The position numbers and the translations under genes are program-made. 64,000 nucleotides of DNA, taken from Malacoraja senta (Eukaryota). Where the stretch lies: assembly GCA_038087875.1 (NCBI GenBank), contig CM075985.1, positions 16,740,001 through 16,804,000 of the forward strand, read 5' to 3'. The number at the start of each line of letters is the position of its first letter. Position 1 is the first letter of the stretch. This document shows, in pieces, positions 1 to 12,590 of the stretch. The notes below the pieces were generated by a model. It had not been told where the DNA came from and did no database searches. It saw nothing but the letters and a program-made list of their open reading frames with translations.

Positions 1-789
1 TGTGCGTGACAACTTAATAAATCTCCTGACCCAAAGATGCGCTTTGTCACGTCTGTCACGTCTGTCTTCCAGACAGCACATTGCGATACACTGCAATCAA
101 TCTACCTTGTCACTATTTTTTAGCCATGTTTAGCATGTTAAAAATGTGGTCACAAACGTCATTCAGTTCAAAGTAAAACAGAAATTAACTTGAAATAATG
201 CGAGGTGGAAAATCGGCAAGTCAAAAGCAAGAAACGTGTAAAATTTAAGAAAAATACTTTTGTACTGACATGAATGTGACAGATCCTGAACCACTACTCA
301 GGAAATTCCAGCAATTAAAGAAATTCAATCAAGGAAAACAATACAACTACCACAGTAACTGGTCTGAAGAGGAGGGGTCTCTACCATCCAAAATAAGATA
401 GGTATGTAATGTTGCTTTTAATTACATGTCATCAAGGTTTATAAGCAACTTCAATAAGATTTTAATTCAGGTGTTTCATTTCTCCCAAAATCCTGCTGGA
501 TTTGGGTATTTTGTAGTTTGACTTTTGAAAAGGTGGCTGAAGGTGCAGGTTGCAACCCAAGCATGTCCTGAATATGGAGGTTTCCAATAATTAATGCATA
601 CATTCTTCTCATCAACATCCAGCAAAACTTCATGAGGTTATTTAACCACAATTCAAATGCTTTATTGAATCCTGCTATCCACCAGCATAATGTGTATACC
701 ATCTCCTTGTGTATGCTCAAGATTCAAAATGAAACAAATTAATATTAAATAAACAACAGAGGAATAAATTAAATGCAAAAAGAGTGAAA

Positions 790-826
790 CAGAGTTAACA
801 ATTTAGGTCAATGATCTTTCATCAGA
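790..826 (-). repeat. Degenerate old PLE terminal repeat with hammerhead-like core
   Basis: Minus strand reads tCTGATGAaagatcattgacctaaattgttaactctg: CUGANGA core, stem II remnant, degenerate GAAAC. Confidence 0.45.
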
Positions 827-981
827 TCTGTTGAGTATTTATGGTATTTCTGTTTATTTTGCATATCACAAGCATCTTCTGTCCAATGCTGATGATGTTA
901 TAGTCTGGTAGCATCACAATCAGCATGCTCTCTGACAAATTAATCCTTAGTTCATCTAACAAAGCATTGATTTATTCAGGA

Positions 982-1075
982 GATAGGCACAAAAAGCGAG
1001 AGTAACTCAGCGGGTCAGACAGCATCTTTGGAGAAAAGGAACAGGTGAAGTTTCGGGTCGAGACCCTTCTTCAGT
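982..1075 (-). mobile_element. PLE-derived mini-element with hammerhead-like core
   Basis: Minus strand ctgaagaagggtctcgacccgaaacttcacc followed by ...gatgctgtctgacccgctgagttactc; same family as many copies in the window. Confidence 0.8.
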
Positions 1076-1340
1076 TAGTTTAAGTGAATGTACCACTGGA
1101 ACGAGAAGCGTACAAGATTTCCAATATCAGGCTCAGTACCGATATGGCTGCTTGGCATACAAGCTGTAGAATACCTTAAATCAAAATTCATAAGCATAAA
1201 CAGTAAAGCACTCCTCGCTGATTAATTTTTTGCCATGAACTTCAGGATAACCTACTCAGCATCATTCATTTGTATGAGCAAGCTGAATACCAAGATTCAA
1301 TTTACATAGGGGTTGTGGACTTCCTATGCAGATGAAGGAT

Positions 1341-2586
1341 TCCACAATTTGAGATTTGTAATAGAACCACATGTGGTTAAAGTGCACATTGCCAGATTTT
1401 AATAAAGGCCATTTTTATACATTTTGGTTTCACCGTGTAGAAATTACAGCAGTGTTTATACATAGTCCCCCCATTTCAGGGCACCATAATGTTTGGGACA
1501 CAGCAATGTCATGTAAATGAAAGTAGTCATGTTTAGTATTTTGTTGCATATCCTTTGCATGCAATGACTGCTTGAAGTCTGCGATTCATGGACATCACCA
1601 GTTGCTGGGTGTCTTCTCTGGTGATGCCCTGCCACGCCTATATTGCAGCCATCTTTAGCTTATGCTTGTTTTGGGGGCTAGTCCCCTTCAGTTTTCTCTT
1701 CAGCATATAAAAGGCATGCTCAATTGGGTTCAGATCGGGTGATTGACTCGGCCACTCAAGAATTGACAATTTTTTAGCTTTAAAAAACTCCTTTATTGCT
1801 TTAGCAGTATGTTTGGGATCATTGTCTTGCTGTAGAATGAACCGCCGGCCAATTAGTTTTGAGGCATTTGTTTGAACCTGAGCAGATAGGATGTGTCTAT
1901 ACACTTCAGAATTCATTATGCTACTACCATCAGCAGTTGTATCATCAATGAAGATAAGTGAGCCAGTACCTTCAGCAGCCATACATGCCCAGGCCATAAC
2001 AGCTCCACCACTGTGTTTCACAGATGAGGTGGTATGCTTTGAATCTTGGGCAGTTCCTTCTCTTCTCCATACTTTGCTCTTGCCATCACTCTGATATAAG
2101 TTAATCTTCGTCTCAGCTGTCCACAAGACCATTTTCCAGAACTGTGGTTGCTCTTTTAAGCCTAAGGTTTGGCTGATGTCTCTAACAGTTTTATTCTTGT
2201 TTCTCAGTCTCATAATGGCTTTCGTCCTCATGTTGATAAACAGCAATAAAAGTTTCCAAAGGTGATGGAAAGACTGGAGGAAAGACTAGGTGCTGAGAGC
2301 TCCCTTATACCCACATTAAGGAGGCCTTTAAACACACCTGGGCATTTACAAACACCTGTGAAGCCATGTGTCCCAAACATTATGGTGCCCTGAAATGGGG
2401 GGACTATGTATAAACACAGCTGTAATTTCTACATGGTGAAATCAAAATGTATAAAAATGGCCTTTATTAAAATCTGACAATGTGCACTTTAACCACATGT
2501 GGTTCTATTACAAATCTCAAATTGTGGAGTACAGAGGCAAATAAATAAATGATCGGTCTTTGTCCCAAACATTATGGAGGGCACTC
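1341..2586 (-). mobile_element. Tc1/mariner DNA transposon (IR/DR type), internally deleted, one TIR truncated
   Basis: Inverted repeat 1341-1501 vs 2368-2528; right TIR runs to ...attatggagggcactc followed by TA and contains two copies of gtcccaaacattatgg; encloses transposase ORF. Confidence 0.93.
1638..2246 (-). pseudogene. Tc1 DD34E transposase remnant
   Basis: WTAETKI (first D mutated to A), VKHSGGAVMAW, QQDNDPKH, WPSQSPDLNPIE with 34 residues between D and E; DNA-binding domain mostly deleted (TLGLK/EQPQFW junction). Confidence 0.92.
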
Positions 2587-3339
2587 TATACCTCGAGTGG
2601 TACTGATTGGCAATAACACTCCTCCACTACTTTTACCTAACCTCCCTCAAACTTGTTCCTGATGTGAGTGAAATATCTAACGTGTCTGAGTGCTCCTGCA
2701 ATCACCCTGCTGGGATTGTCTTGATTTCAGAACAAAGAGCTGGTTCACAACTCAACACTAAATCCCATGTTTATTATTTCATGACAGGCGAATGATTGTT
2801 GCACGGGTCACGGTGCTCAATATTTGACGTTCTCCTTGCATTGCTGTGGGCAAGATCCCACTCAGTAACTGAATAAGACATCATTGCAGAGCTCACTATC
2901 TGCAATGACGACAGTTTACCAATTCCAGTTTGGGCCAACCAGTCAGGGTTGAATAACAAATAAAATCCTGCACCATAACATCGTAAAAAGGAAGAAAACG
3001 AAGAGTCAGTTACCATGATGTCTCCTCTAAAAATATAATCTAAATAATAAACAAAGGGAATTAAAATATTCAATTGTTGGAAAATAACCAAATCAGTCAT
3101 CCATGTTTCATCCTAAACCTTCTTCCCTTTCCTGGATGGTGCAAGAAAATAATGCTGTAACCTATATAAGCAACCCTGATCCTGAATGCACATTCCCAAT
3201 CTGATATAAGACACAGAGTGTAATTCTCGTGGAGCTTTGTTATGTTCACTACAAATAATATAAACAGCACAACTCTATTTTGACTTTCATGCAATGTAGG
3301 CATACAATCAAATTATAACTACAAGAGATGTGATACACA

Positions 3340-3667
3340 GGTGGCACAGTGGCAACACTGGTAGAGTTGGTGCCTCACAGCGCCAGAGACCCAGGTACGA
3401 TCCTGAACTTTGGTGCTGTCTGTGTGGAGTTTGCACGTTCTCCCTGTTACTGTGTGGATTTTGTCCAAGTGCTCCGGTTTCCCCCCCACATCCCAAAGAC
3501 GTGCGGGTTTGTAGGTTAATTGGCTTCTGTAAATTGCCCCTAGTGTGTAGTGAGTTGATGAGAAACCGGGATGACACAGAACTAGTTTAAACGAGTGATC
3601 GACGGTCGGCATGGACTCTGTGGGCCGAAGGGCCAGTTTCCATGTGGTGTCTCTAAGCTAAACTAAA
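3340..3667 (+). mobile_element. HE1-type tRNA-derived SINE (V-SINE)
   Basis: tRNA-like head with A/B boxes (tggcaacactggtaga, ggtacgatcc), core gtggagtttgcacgttctccc, CR1-like tail gggccgaagggcc and (ctaaa)n. Confidence 0.85.
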
Positions 3668-4763
3668 GCGCCAGATTCCAATACACGTAACTGCTCCTTC
3701 TCCAACTTCAGCTTAAAAACTCAGTTTTACTCCTTACTGAATCCTTGTTCCCAAGGGTGCTTTTCCCAACATTTTAACTTGTGATACAAGACCACCTCAC
3801 GTATTCGTCTTTATTTGAGCCTCCACATTCTACCGATCCTACGAATGCTCCACAGTCTCACATTGTGTTCGTAACCCTTGCTTCAGTAATCCTGTCACAT
3901 CCCTTTAATTCCAAACCCACTACTGTTCTCCCATCTCCAGTTAATATGTCTCTTCCATGCCTTGTTAAAATTGACAGTAATTGTGGGGGTTTTAAAGTCC
4001 AATAAAGTTGCTTATATCCTCCAAGAGGCTGGGACATAAATCTAAAATATGCGATCAGGATGTTAATTAGAAAAACAAATGTAATTTTGCAATAACTAAA
4101 CAAATCACAAAGGAGAGATAGAGTACTGAAGTAAACAAAATTGTAAGCCAACTATTACAGAAGAAAAATTAAAAATTAATGTTCAAACAAATGAGGATAC
4201 GATTCCAGATTCCAGATGGCTAAGAGATGATATTCACTCGTAATGTCTGCAATATTTCAGCCCCAGGAGGAAAAGTGCTCTAATGCCAGAGCTAGCTTCA
4301 GCCTGTCCATTCGGACACAAAAGTCCCCATACCACTTCTCTAAGAGTTTCTGGGATCCCAGCCAACGTTAGGAATGGAGAAATAACTCCAAACCCAGTCA
4401 ATCTTCACATTCTTCCTCCCAACAGTAAACAAAGAAGATGGACAATACGGACAGAAACACAGAAAGACAGAGAAGACAAGGCCAAATAAAATGAACTTCC
4501 TACCATCCCAGATTACCCACAGCATCACGACCACAGTCCTTTACAATACAATGTATTGTATTGTATTCATTTCCATAATCTCAAATTCAAGTTCAAGTGA
4601 GTTTATTGTCATGTGTCCCTGATAGGACAATGACATTCTTACTTTGCTTCAGCACAACAGAACATAGTAGGCATTGACTACAAGGCATTCTATAAATATA
4701 TACACACATGAATCAATATACTGATAAAGTGCAAATAACAGTATTGGCTATTAAAGTTCAGTG

Positions 4764-6082
4764 TTATGTCCGAGCCAGGTTTAATAGCCGGATGGCTGTG
4801 GGGAAGTAGCTATTCCTGAACCTGGTCGTTGCAGTCTTCAGGCTCCTGTACCTTCTACCTGAAGGTAGTAGGGAGATGAGTGTGTGGCCAGGATGGTGTG
4901 GGTCCTTGATGGTACTGCCAGCCTTTTTGAGGCAGCGACTGTGATAGATCCCCTCGATGGAAGGGAGGTCAGAGCTGATGATGGACTGGGCAGTGTTTAC
5001 TACTTTTTGTAGTCTTTTCCTCTCCAGGCGCTCAAGTTGCCGAACCAAGCCACGATGCAACCGGTCAGCATGCTCTCTACTGTGCACCTGTAGAAGTTAG
5101 AGAGAGTCCTCCTTGACAAACCGACTCTCCGTAATCTTCTCAGGAAGTAGAGGCGCTGATGTGCTTTCTTAATAATGGCATCAGTGTTCTCGGACCAGGA
5201 AAGATCTTCAGAGATGTGCACGCCCAGGAATTTGAAGCTCTTGACCCTTTCAACCATCGACCCGTTGATATAAACGGGACTGTGGGTCCCCATCCTACTC
5301 CTTCCAAAGTCCACAATCAATTCCTTGGTTTTGCTGGTGTTGAGGGCCAGGTTATTGTGCTGGCACCGTATGGACAGTTGCTCGATCTCTCTTCTATACT
5401 CTGACTCATCCCCATCAGTGATACGTCCCACAACAGTGGTGTCATTAGCGAAATTGATGATGGAGTTCGCACTATGTCCGGCTACGCAGTCATGAGTATA
5501 GAGTGAGTACAGCAGGGGGCTGAGCACGCAGCCTTGAGGTGCTCCCGTGCTGATTGTTATCGAGTCTGACACATTTCCACCAATACGAACAGACTGGTTA
5601 CCAAATGCGCAGAGACCCAGTTCTGTGAGTTTGGTAACCAGCTTGGAGGGGATGATTGTATTAAATGCCGAGCTGTAATCGATTAATAACAGCCTGACAT
5701 ATGAGTTTTTGTTGTCCAAGTGGTCCAGAGCGGAGTGGAGGGCCAGCGAGATCGCGTCCACCATTGATCTGTTGTGGCGGTAAGCGAACTGCAGTGGGTC
5801 CAGGTTTTCGTCGAGGTAGGAGTTGATCTGCATCATGATCAACCTCTCAAAGCACTTCATCACCACAGGCGTTTGTGCCACAGGTCGATAGTCATTGAGG
5901 CACGTCACCTTACTCTTCTTGGGCACTGGTATAATTGATGCCCTTTTGAAGCAGGTGGGAACCTCAGACCTCAGAATTGAGAGGTTGAAAATGTCTGTAA
6001 AAACTCCAGCCAGTTGGTTCGCACAGGTTTTTAGAACACGACCAGGTATACCATCAGGTCCAGGCGCTTTTCGAGGGTTCAC
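4764..6082 (-). pseudogene. LINE reverse transcriptase domain and C-terminus (frameshifted, internal deletion)
   Basis: [44 protein letters not shown] (FADD mutated), KFLGVHI, C-terminal LLPSGRRYRS. Confidence 0.93.
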
Positions 6083-6246
6083 CCCTCTGAAGGATTTCCT
6101 GACGTCGGCCTCTGTGACTGAGACTGAAATACCATCACAGCGAATGGGGGCTCGGGCTCATTGAGCTCATCAGGGAGTGATGTTTCGCCGACATTCGAGC
6201 TGCCTCCTGATTTCGACTTGTAAGAGGTGATTGCATTCAGGCCCTG

Positions 6247-7810
6247 TCACAGCTGCCGAACATCTGTCTCTTCCTCCAGTTTGGAGCAGAAGTCCCTTTT
6301 GCCCTTTTTGATGGCCTTACCAAGGTCGTATCTGGACTTCTTGTAGGCCACTGTATCATCAGACATGAATCCCCGGTGTCCGGACTTCAGAAGAGTGCGG
6401 ATCTCAAAGTTCATCCAAGGTTTCTGATTGGGAAACGCTCGGAAGGTTTTGGTGAGGATGCAGTCCTCCACACACTTCTTAATGAAGTCTGTAACGACTG
6501 TGGCGTATTCGTTCAGGTCCGTTGCCGAGTCCTTGAACATTGCCCAGTCTACAGACTCCAAACAGTCCTGGAGTTGTTCCTCTGCCCCCCCCCCCCCCGA
6601 CCAGCTCTGTACTGTCCTCACCTCTGGGGGTGTGCTCTTTAATTGCTGCCTGTATGCAGGAAGAAGCAGCACCGCGGTATGGTCGGATTTACCGAAGTGA
6701 AGGCGAGGAATAGAGCGATAGGCATTCTTGATGGTGGTGTACCAGTGGTCGAGGGTGTTTGGTCTTCTGGTGCAGCAGGAGACATGTTGGTGGAAGTTAG
6801 GGAGTGATTTCTTTCGGTTTGCCTTATTGAAGTCCTCGGCTATGGTGGTGAACGCCTCGGGGTAAGACGTCTGGTGTTTGTTGACCACGGCGTGCAGCTC
6901 CTCCAGTGCCAGACGGACGTCTGCCTGGGGTGGGATGTAGACCGCGGTCAGGATGATGGAGGTGAATTCCCTCGGAAGGTAGAAGGGACGGCACTTCACC
7001 GCCAGATGTTCGAGGTGTGGAGAGCAGGAGTTGGACAGGACTGCCACATCTGAGCACCACGCAGGGTTGACCATGAGGCAGACGCCCCCTCCTCTCCCTT
7101 TCCCAGATGCCAGTGTACGGTCCATACGGTGGATGGAGAAACCTTCAGGCTGGACCGCTGAGTCTGGGGAGCTGGGGGTGAGCCATGTCTCTGTGAAACA
7201 GAACACAGAGCATTCCCTCAGCTCCCTTTGATAAAGCAGCCTTGCCCTTAAGTCCTCCACTTTATTTTCAAGGGACTGTACGTTGGCCAGTAGGATAGTA
7301 GGGAGAGGGGGCCGAAGTCCCCTGCGCTTCAGTCTGACCTGAAGTCCTGCCCGTCGGCCACGTTTCCGGACACAATGGAGGCTTCCCCTTTGTTTCCAGG
7401 TGCTGAGTTTACTGTACCTGCTGTTTCTGCGCTGGAACGGGGATTCCTTCACAGACGGCAGCTCCAGCTCCGTAACGAATGGGGGTACTTTCAAAGTCGG
7501 CAGCTCCAGCTTCATTGTTCCTGGGAGATCCGGCCCGTCGGCTCTGGAGGTCATCCCGGGGTTTCCAGGTACAGTACCTGGGATCCTCAGTCAGGTCGGG
7601 AGTTCCACAGCCAGCGTGGGAAAATTTAAAGTCCGGGGCTCCAGCAGCTGCGGGAGATCGCAAAATTGCCAGCGCTTTCAGCTGCCCAAGCAGCTTGTCT
7701 GAAACGGCACCGATTACTGCCGTTTCCCTGATCCAGGTAAGTTGATAGAAGTTGTAGGTGAACCTTTTCTGTTCTGTTGCTCCGCAAAAGTCGCTGCAGG
7801 CAGGCGCCAT
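6247..7810 (-). pseudogene. LINE N-terminus plus apurinic endonuclease domain (two frames, probably one frameshifted ORF)
   Basis: ANVQSLENK, CFTETWL, GRGGGVC, AVYIPP, EDFN, TLDH, SDH motifs in 6247-7554; upstream ORF 7409-7810 starts at the 5' end. Confidence 0.88.
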
Positions 7811-7859
7811 CTTGGGTAATCTCGTAAGGAATCTTCATAAAGTCTTCACACTGCTTCCT

Positions 7860-8760
7860 GTAGACTCTATCCCCTATTCCCAATTCATCCGTCTACACCG
7901 CATCTGCCCCAAGATGAGGAGTTTCATACCAGGACATCTGAGAAGTCTTTCTTTAGGGAATGGGGGTTCCCTTCTTCCATCATAGATGAGGCCCTCACAA
8001 GCATCTCCTCAATATCCCTCTGCAACTCCCTGGTTAACTCATTCCTTCCCACCCATACCACTCCCACCCCAGGTACCTTACCCTGCAACTGCAGGAGATG
8101 CAACACCTGTCCCTATACCTCCTCCCTTGACTGTCCAGGGTCCCCAACAGTCTTTTCAGGTTAGGCAGAGGTTCACTTGCACCACCTCTAACCTCATCTA
8201 CTGTATCCATTGTTCTAGATGTGGACTCTTATGCATCGGTGAGACCAAACGTAGACTGGACGATCTTTTCGCAGAACAACTTCGCTCAATCCGCCTGGAT
8301 ATACCTGATCTCCTGGCTGCCAAACACTTTAATTCCCCTTCCCATTCCCACACTAACCTTTCTGTCCTAGGCCCATTGTCAAAGTGAGGCTAAACGCAAA
8401 TTGGAGGAACAGCATCTCATATTTCGCTTGGGCAGCTTACAGCTCAGTGGTATGAGTATTGATTTCTCTAACTTCAAGTAACCCCTGCATTCCCTCGCTC
8501 TCCATCCCTCCCCCACCCATCACACCAGCTTCTCGTTCTCATCTAGCAAACAGCAACAATGTCCTGTTTCCTTTATCATTGTTAATTTTTACATATCTTT
8601 CATTCATTTGTTCTAGATGTCTCTACATCACCGTCTCGTTTCCCTTTCCACTGACTCTCAGTCTGAAGAAGGGTCTCGACCTGAATCATCACCCATTCCT
8701 TCTCTCCAGAGATGCTGCCTGCCCCCCTGAGTTACTATCGCATTTTGAGTCTATCTTTCA
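7860..8760 (+). mobile_element. Penelope-like element 3' fragment (RT C-terminus, GIY-YIG endonuclease, terminal repeat with hammerhead-like core)
   Basis: SIPYSQFIRLHRIC; FTCTTSNLIYCIHCSRCGLLCIGETKRRL...HFNSPSH; ends with agtctgaagaagggtctcgacctgaatc...gagatgctgcc. Confidence 0.88.
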
Positions 8761-9059
8761 TCAATAATAATACAGCAGTAAGTCTTCCATCAGTTACTGA
8801 GATATTTCACACTTCAATCTTGTTCGCACAAAAGTGTTCCTAATCTGTTACCAAGTGTAACAATAGTGACTTCCATTACCCAACTTTCAGTGATCAGAAA
8901 CAGATTTGTCGTATGTGGCTGATATGTCTTGTTTTTTGCTTGCTGCCAAAGCTGAACACGCTACTTACAGCATAAACAGATTAGAATAGTTTTAATTTCA
9001 CAATCTCAAATGACTTTCTTATGGCAAATAACATAATTATAATATTCTATTTGTTAATT

Positions 9060-9760
9060 GCCATGCCACCTTAATTTAGTATTTTAACTATTGTATGTGT
9101 TAATGTTCTCTGGTTCGTTTTATTTGGGGTGTGGGAGGGTGGATCGGAGGAAACTTTTTTTCAATCTCTTACCTTGCCAGAGATGCGATTTTCCCCCGGA
9201 TCATATCTCCGGTCGCTCTGCGGCCTAACATCGTGGAGCTGGCGGCCTTGCTCGAGACTGACTCTGAGCCCCACTGCAGTGCCGTGGACTTAACATCGGA
9301 GCCTGCGATCCCTTACCTGGGATCGACGCTGCAACTACCGCCTGCGGATTTCAACATCGAGGAGCTCGCAGTCTCGGGTAGAGACTGATGTCGGGAAGTT
9401 CCAAGCCACAGGAGGTTTGACCAGCCCTGATTCGGGAGTCCGATCGCCCTGCATGGGGAGCTGAGACCCCCCCGATGCGGGAGCTTGATCGCCCCTATCC
9501 CGAGGGTTCGACCACCGGTTGCGGGAGCCAAGATCAAAACGACAATGGAAGGTTCGAGTGCCCCAAAGAAGGGAAGATTGAACTATTGTTTTGTCTTCCA
9601 TCACAGTGAGGAATGTGGGGGACTCGCTGTGGTGGATGTTCATGCTGAAAATGTATTTGGGTGTCTTGTTGCTCTTTATTTGTATGACTGTATGGTAATC
9701 TGAATTTCACTGTACCTTAATTGGTACATGTGACAATAAACTCACATTGGAACCTTGAAT
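9060..9760 (+). mobile_element. GC-rich non-coding retroposon-like element (copy A) with Rex1-like 3' tail
   Basis: 3' end gaatttcactgtacc...catgtgacaataaactcac resembles the Rex1 LINE tail in this window; shares motifs with 42002-42848 and 61286-62169; 5' boundary approximate. Confidence 0.65.
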
Positions 9761-10069
9761 GCATCATCATTCCAGATCTCTTCCAAATTCACTTTCAACT
9801 CACCATTTATTCCATACACAAAATCCATTTCCTTCTGACTTGTGCTAATTCTCCATTGGCTTTAATCTATCTTTGTCAGACCTATTTACAGATTATATTT
9901 GCACCATTTTCACGAACCAATTGTTACTTCCTTGAAAATGTTAATTCACCCTGAATGCAAGTCATTATTGCAAGTCAGAAACACAAGGAGTCCCAACAGT
10001 CATCACTGTAAAACATCATTCTATAGCCTTGCTTGCCCCAAACACCTACTTTCCTAAACAATTCCCCAT

Positions 10070-10219
10070 CATACAAAAACCCATTCCTTCTCTCCAGAGA
10101 TGCTGCCTCCTCCATTGTCAAAGTGAGGATAAACGCAAATTGGAGGAACAGCATCTCATCTTACTCCAGCACTTTGTGTCTATCTTCGATTTAAACCAGT
10201 TTCTGCAGTTCTTTCTAAC
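10070..10219 (+). mobile_element. PLE-derived mini-element with 12-bp TSD
   Basis: TSD acaattccccat at 10058-10069 and 10220-10231; contains a spliced-in piece of the GIY-YIG 3' region (aaacgcaaattggaggaacagcatctcat). Confidence 0.75.
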
Positions 10220-11697
10220 ACAATTCCCCATTTTTTTCTGTCCAGCTAATTTCTCATCCACAACCGATCTTTAATTTAAATTCCCACTATCATCCAGGGC
10301 TATCACTCGTTTAGAATATTCTCTAGATATGTGTAATGTGTTCTCCAGAGATGCTGCCAGACACACTGAGTTACTCCAGCATTTTGTGTCGTTCTTTGGA
10401 ATATTAATTTTCCCTCTGGTCCACAGACACTTCATTTGGCATATTTTTCTGTCTTCTCCTTTCATTTGAGTTATGGATTTTGTCAAAAGAAGGCTATAAC
10501 ATATGTGCCTAAATCAATCATTGTAAACTACATAATGCATATTCCCCAAAGAGGTACCATTACTATTTTTTATACCTTGGCAAATTAGAGCACAGTTCCA
10601 ATTTTTTCTTAACTGTATTAATCCCATGGCCCTCTTTATATTGTAGACTCTATTTAATTCTATCGACCATGGTTCCCTTAAGCGGTCATGGGCTGTACAG
10701 ATGAAGGCACATCATCAATGTCACTTCTTCCTCTTGGGAGAATATTCCTCGAGCAGAGAACAATCCTTTTGTAGCAGAAATCATTTTGTAGGACAAGTAA
10801 TTCAAACTCTCCCCTCCCTACAAACTCCGTTGTCTCTCATTTACTTCACTCCTCCAGCTTCTGCTCATTCACATCAGTTAATGTATGCAGATTTACTTTC
10901 TCGTCGATCAAACTCAAGCTGAACGCTCACCTGTCCCACAAACTGCCAGCTCACCTTCTGAAACCACAATCTACCACACCCGCTCCATGCTGGCCAATAT
11001 TTCAGCCGGTTCTACACTTCTGCTCATCCCTCTATTTCAGACACATTGCAGGGAGGCTCGCAGTGAATGCACTGCAACCAACTTGGGATAGAGAAAGGAT
11101 AAAAGGAACTTCAGTCAGAACAATGGACAGGCTGATAGATGGCGGAGGGATCATTGTGGGAAGAGAAGCAGTCTGGTGGACCACGCGTGGGGTTCAGATA
11201 CAGGATAAAAGTTAAGGTAAACAGCTTTCTGGGGACATAACATGATATCAGGGCTGGAGACATGAGGAACTGCAGATGTTGGAATCTTGAGCAAAACAAA
11301 AAATGCTGGAGTAACGCAGGCGGCAACTGTGGGTGAAAGGATAAGTGATGTTTTGGGACAGGACACAAGATATGAGGGCTGCAGCCAATGTGACATAATC
11401 AGGTGACAGGGAGACTAGAATTCAGATGCAGAGGGATGGGGATTTTTGGGGAAGAAGTGGACGAGGGCTCAGCCAAGTTGAAGTGGGAATGAGGTACATG
11501 GGGAGTGGATACAACGCTTCTAACAGCAGTGGCAGTGTGGCCGGTAACATCAGATGTTGCAGCTTATGTGAAGAAAGACAAAGGGCTGAGGATCAGGAAG
11601 GATTCACTACTGAACAGGGAGCATCATGAGCAACAACTTGGTGACCAGTACCAAGGTAGGAGCAATCAGTAAAGGAGTGAGACCAACCTCTCTTGAT

Positions 11698-12008
11698 GGC
11701 CAGCACGGTGGGGAAATGGTAGAGTTGCTGCCTTACAACACCAGAGACCCGTGTTCAATCCTGACTAACGGTGCTGTCTGTATGGAGTTTGTACATTCTC
11801 CCTGTGATCGTGTGGGGTTTCTCTGAGTGCTCTAGTTTCCTCCCACATTCCAAAGATGTACAGGTTTGTAAGTTGATTAGCTTCTGTAAATCGTAAATTG
11901 TCCTCGGTGTGTAGGATAGTGCTGGTATATGGGGTGATCACTGGTCGGTGCGGACTCGGTGGACCGAAGGGCAGGTTTCCACGTTGAATCTCTAAACTAA
12001 ACCAAACC
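11698..12008 (+). mobile_element. HE1-type SINE
   Basis: Same head, core and tail as 3340-3667. Confidence 0.85.
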
Positions 12009-12019
12009 TGAAATATTGT

Positions 12020-12590
12020 TAGCAACATGGGACACCACAGTTAAGAAATGATTTATCGGTTTTGGAGAGAGAGCAAAAAAAAGTTCCAAAATGATAGCTA
12101 TATTCGAGAGTGAAATTAGAATGAGGGATTAAATAAACTAGGGACTTACAACTTGGAATATAGGAGGTGCAGCAACAACCTGATCAACGTTTTCAAAATT
12201 TCAAGAGAGTGATATGATAGGTATATAAAATTATGAGAAGCATAGATAAACTAGTCAGTCAGAACCTATTTTCCAGGGTGGAAATATCAAAGACTAAAGG
12301 GCAAATCTTTAAGGTGAAAGGGGTAAAGTTAACAGGAGCTGTGCAAGGCAAGTATTTTTTTTAACACAGAGAGTGGTGGGTTCCTGGTACCCCTGATAGG
12401 GGCGGTGGTGGAGGCACATACGATACTGGTATTCAAGGGGCTTTTAGATAGACACCTGGATATACAGGGAATGGCAAGATGTGGATCATGTGCAGGCAGA
12501 TGAGATTAGTTTTGTTTGGCGTTGTGTTTGGCAAAGACATTGTGGGCCGAGGGATCTGTTTGTGTGCTATACTTAGCTATGTTCCATGGT
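12020..12590 (+). mobile_element. CR1/HER1 LINE 3' fragment (old)
   Basis: tttttaacacagagagtggtggg...tgtgggccgaggga...ctatgttc, typical CR1 3' end. Confidence 0.7.

Larger units (their letters stand above)
4583..7816 (-). mobile_element. Full-length Rex1/Babar-like non-LTR retrotransposon (decayed)
   Basis: 7-bp TSD taatctc at 4576-4582 and 7817-7823; (cttgaa)n 3' tail; APE endonuclease and RT ORFs; 5' end cccaagatggcgcc. Confidence 0.92.

Noticed and set aside
2774-3100. 108-aa ORF in unique DNA
   Set aside because: No recognisable homology; composition fits non-coding DNA
3340-3420. tRNA-like sequences with A/B boxes
   Set aside because: They are SINE heads continuing into core and tail, not tRNA genes
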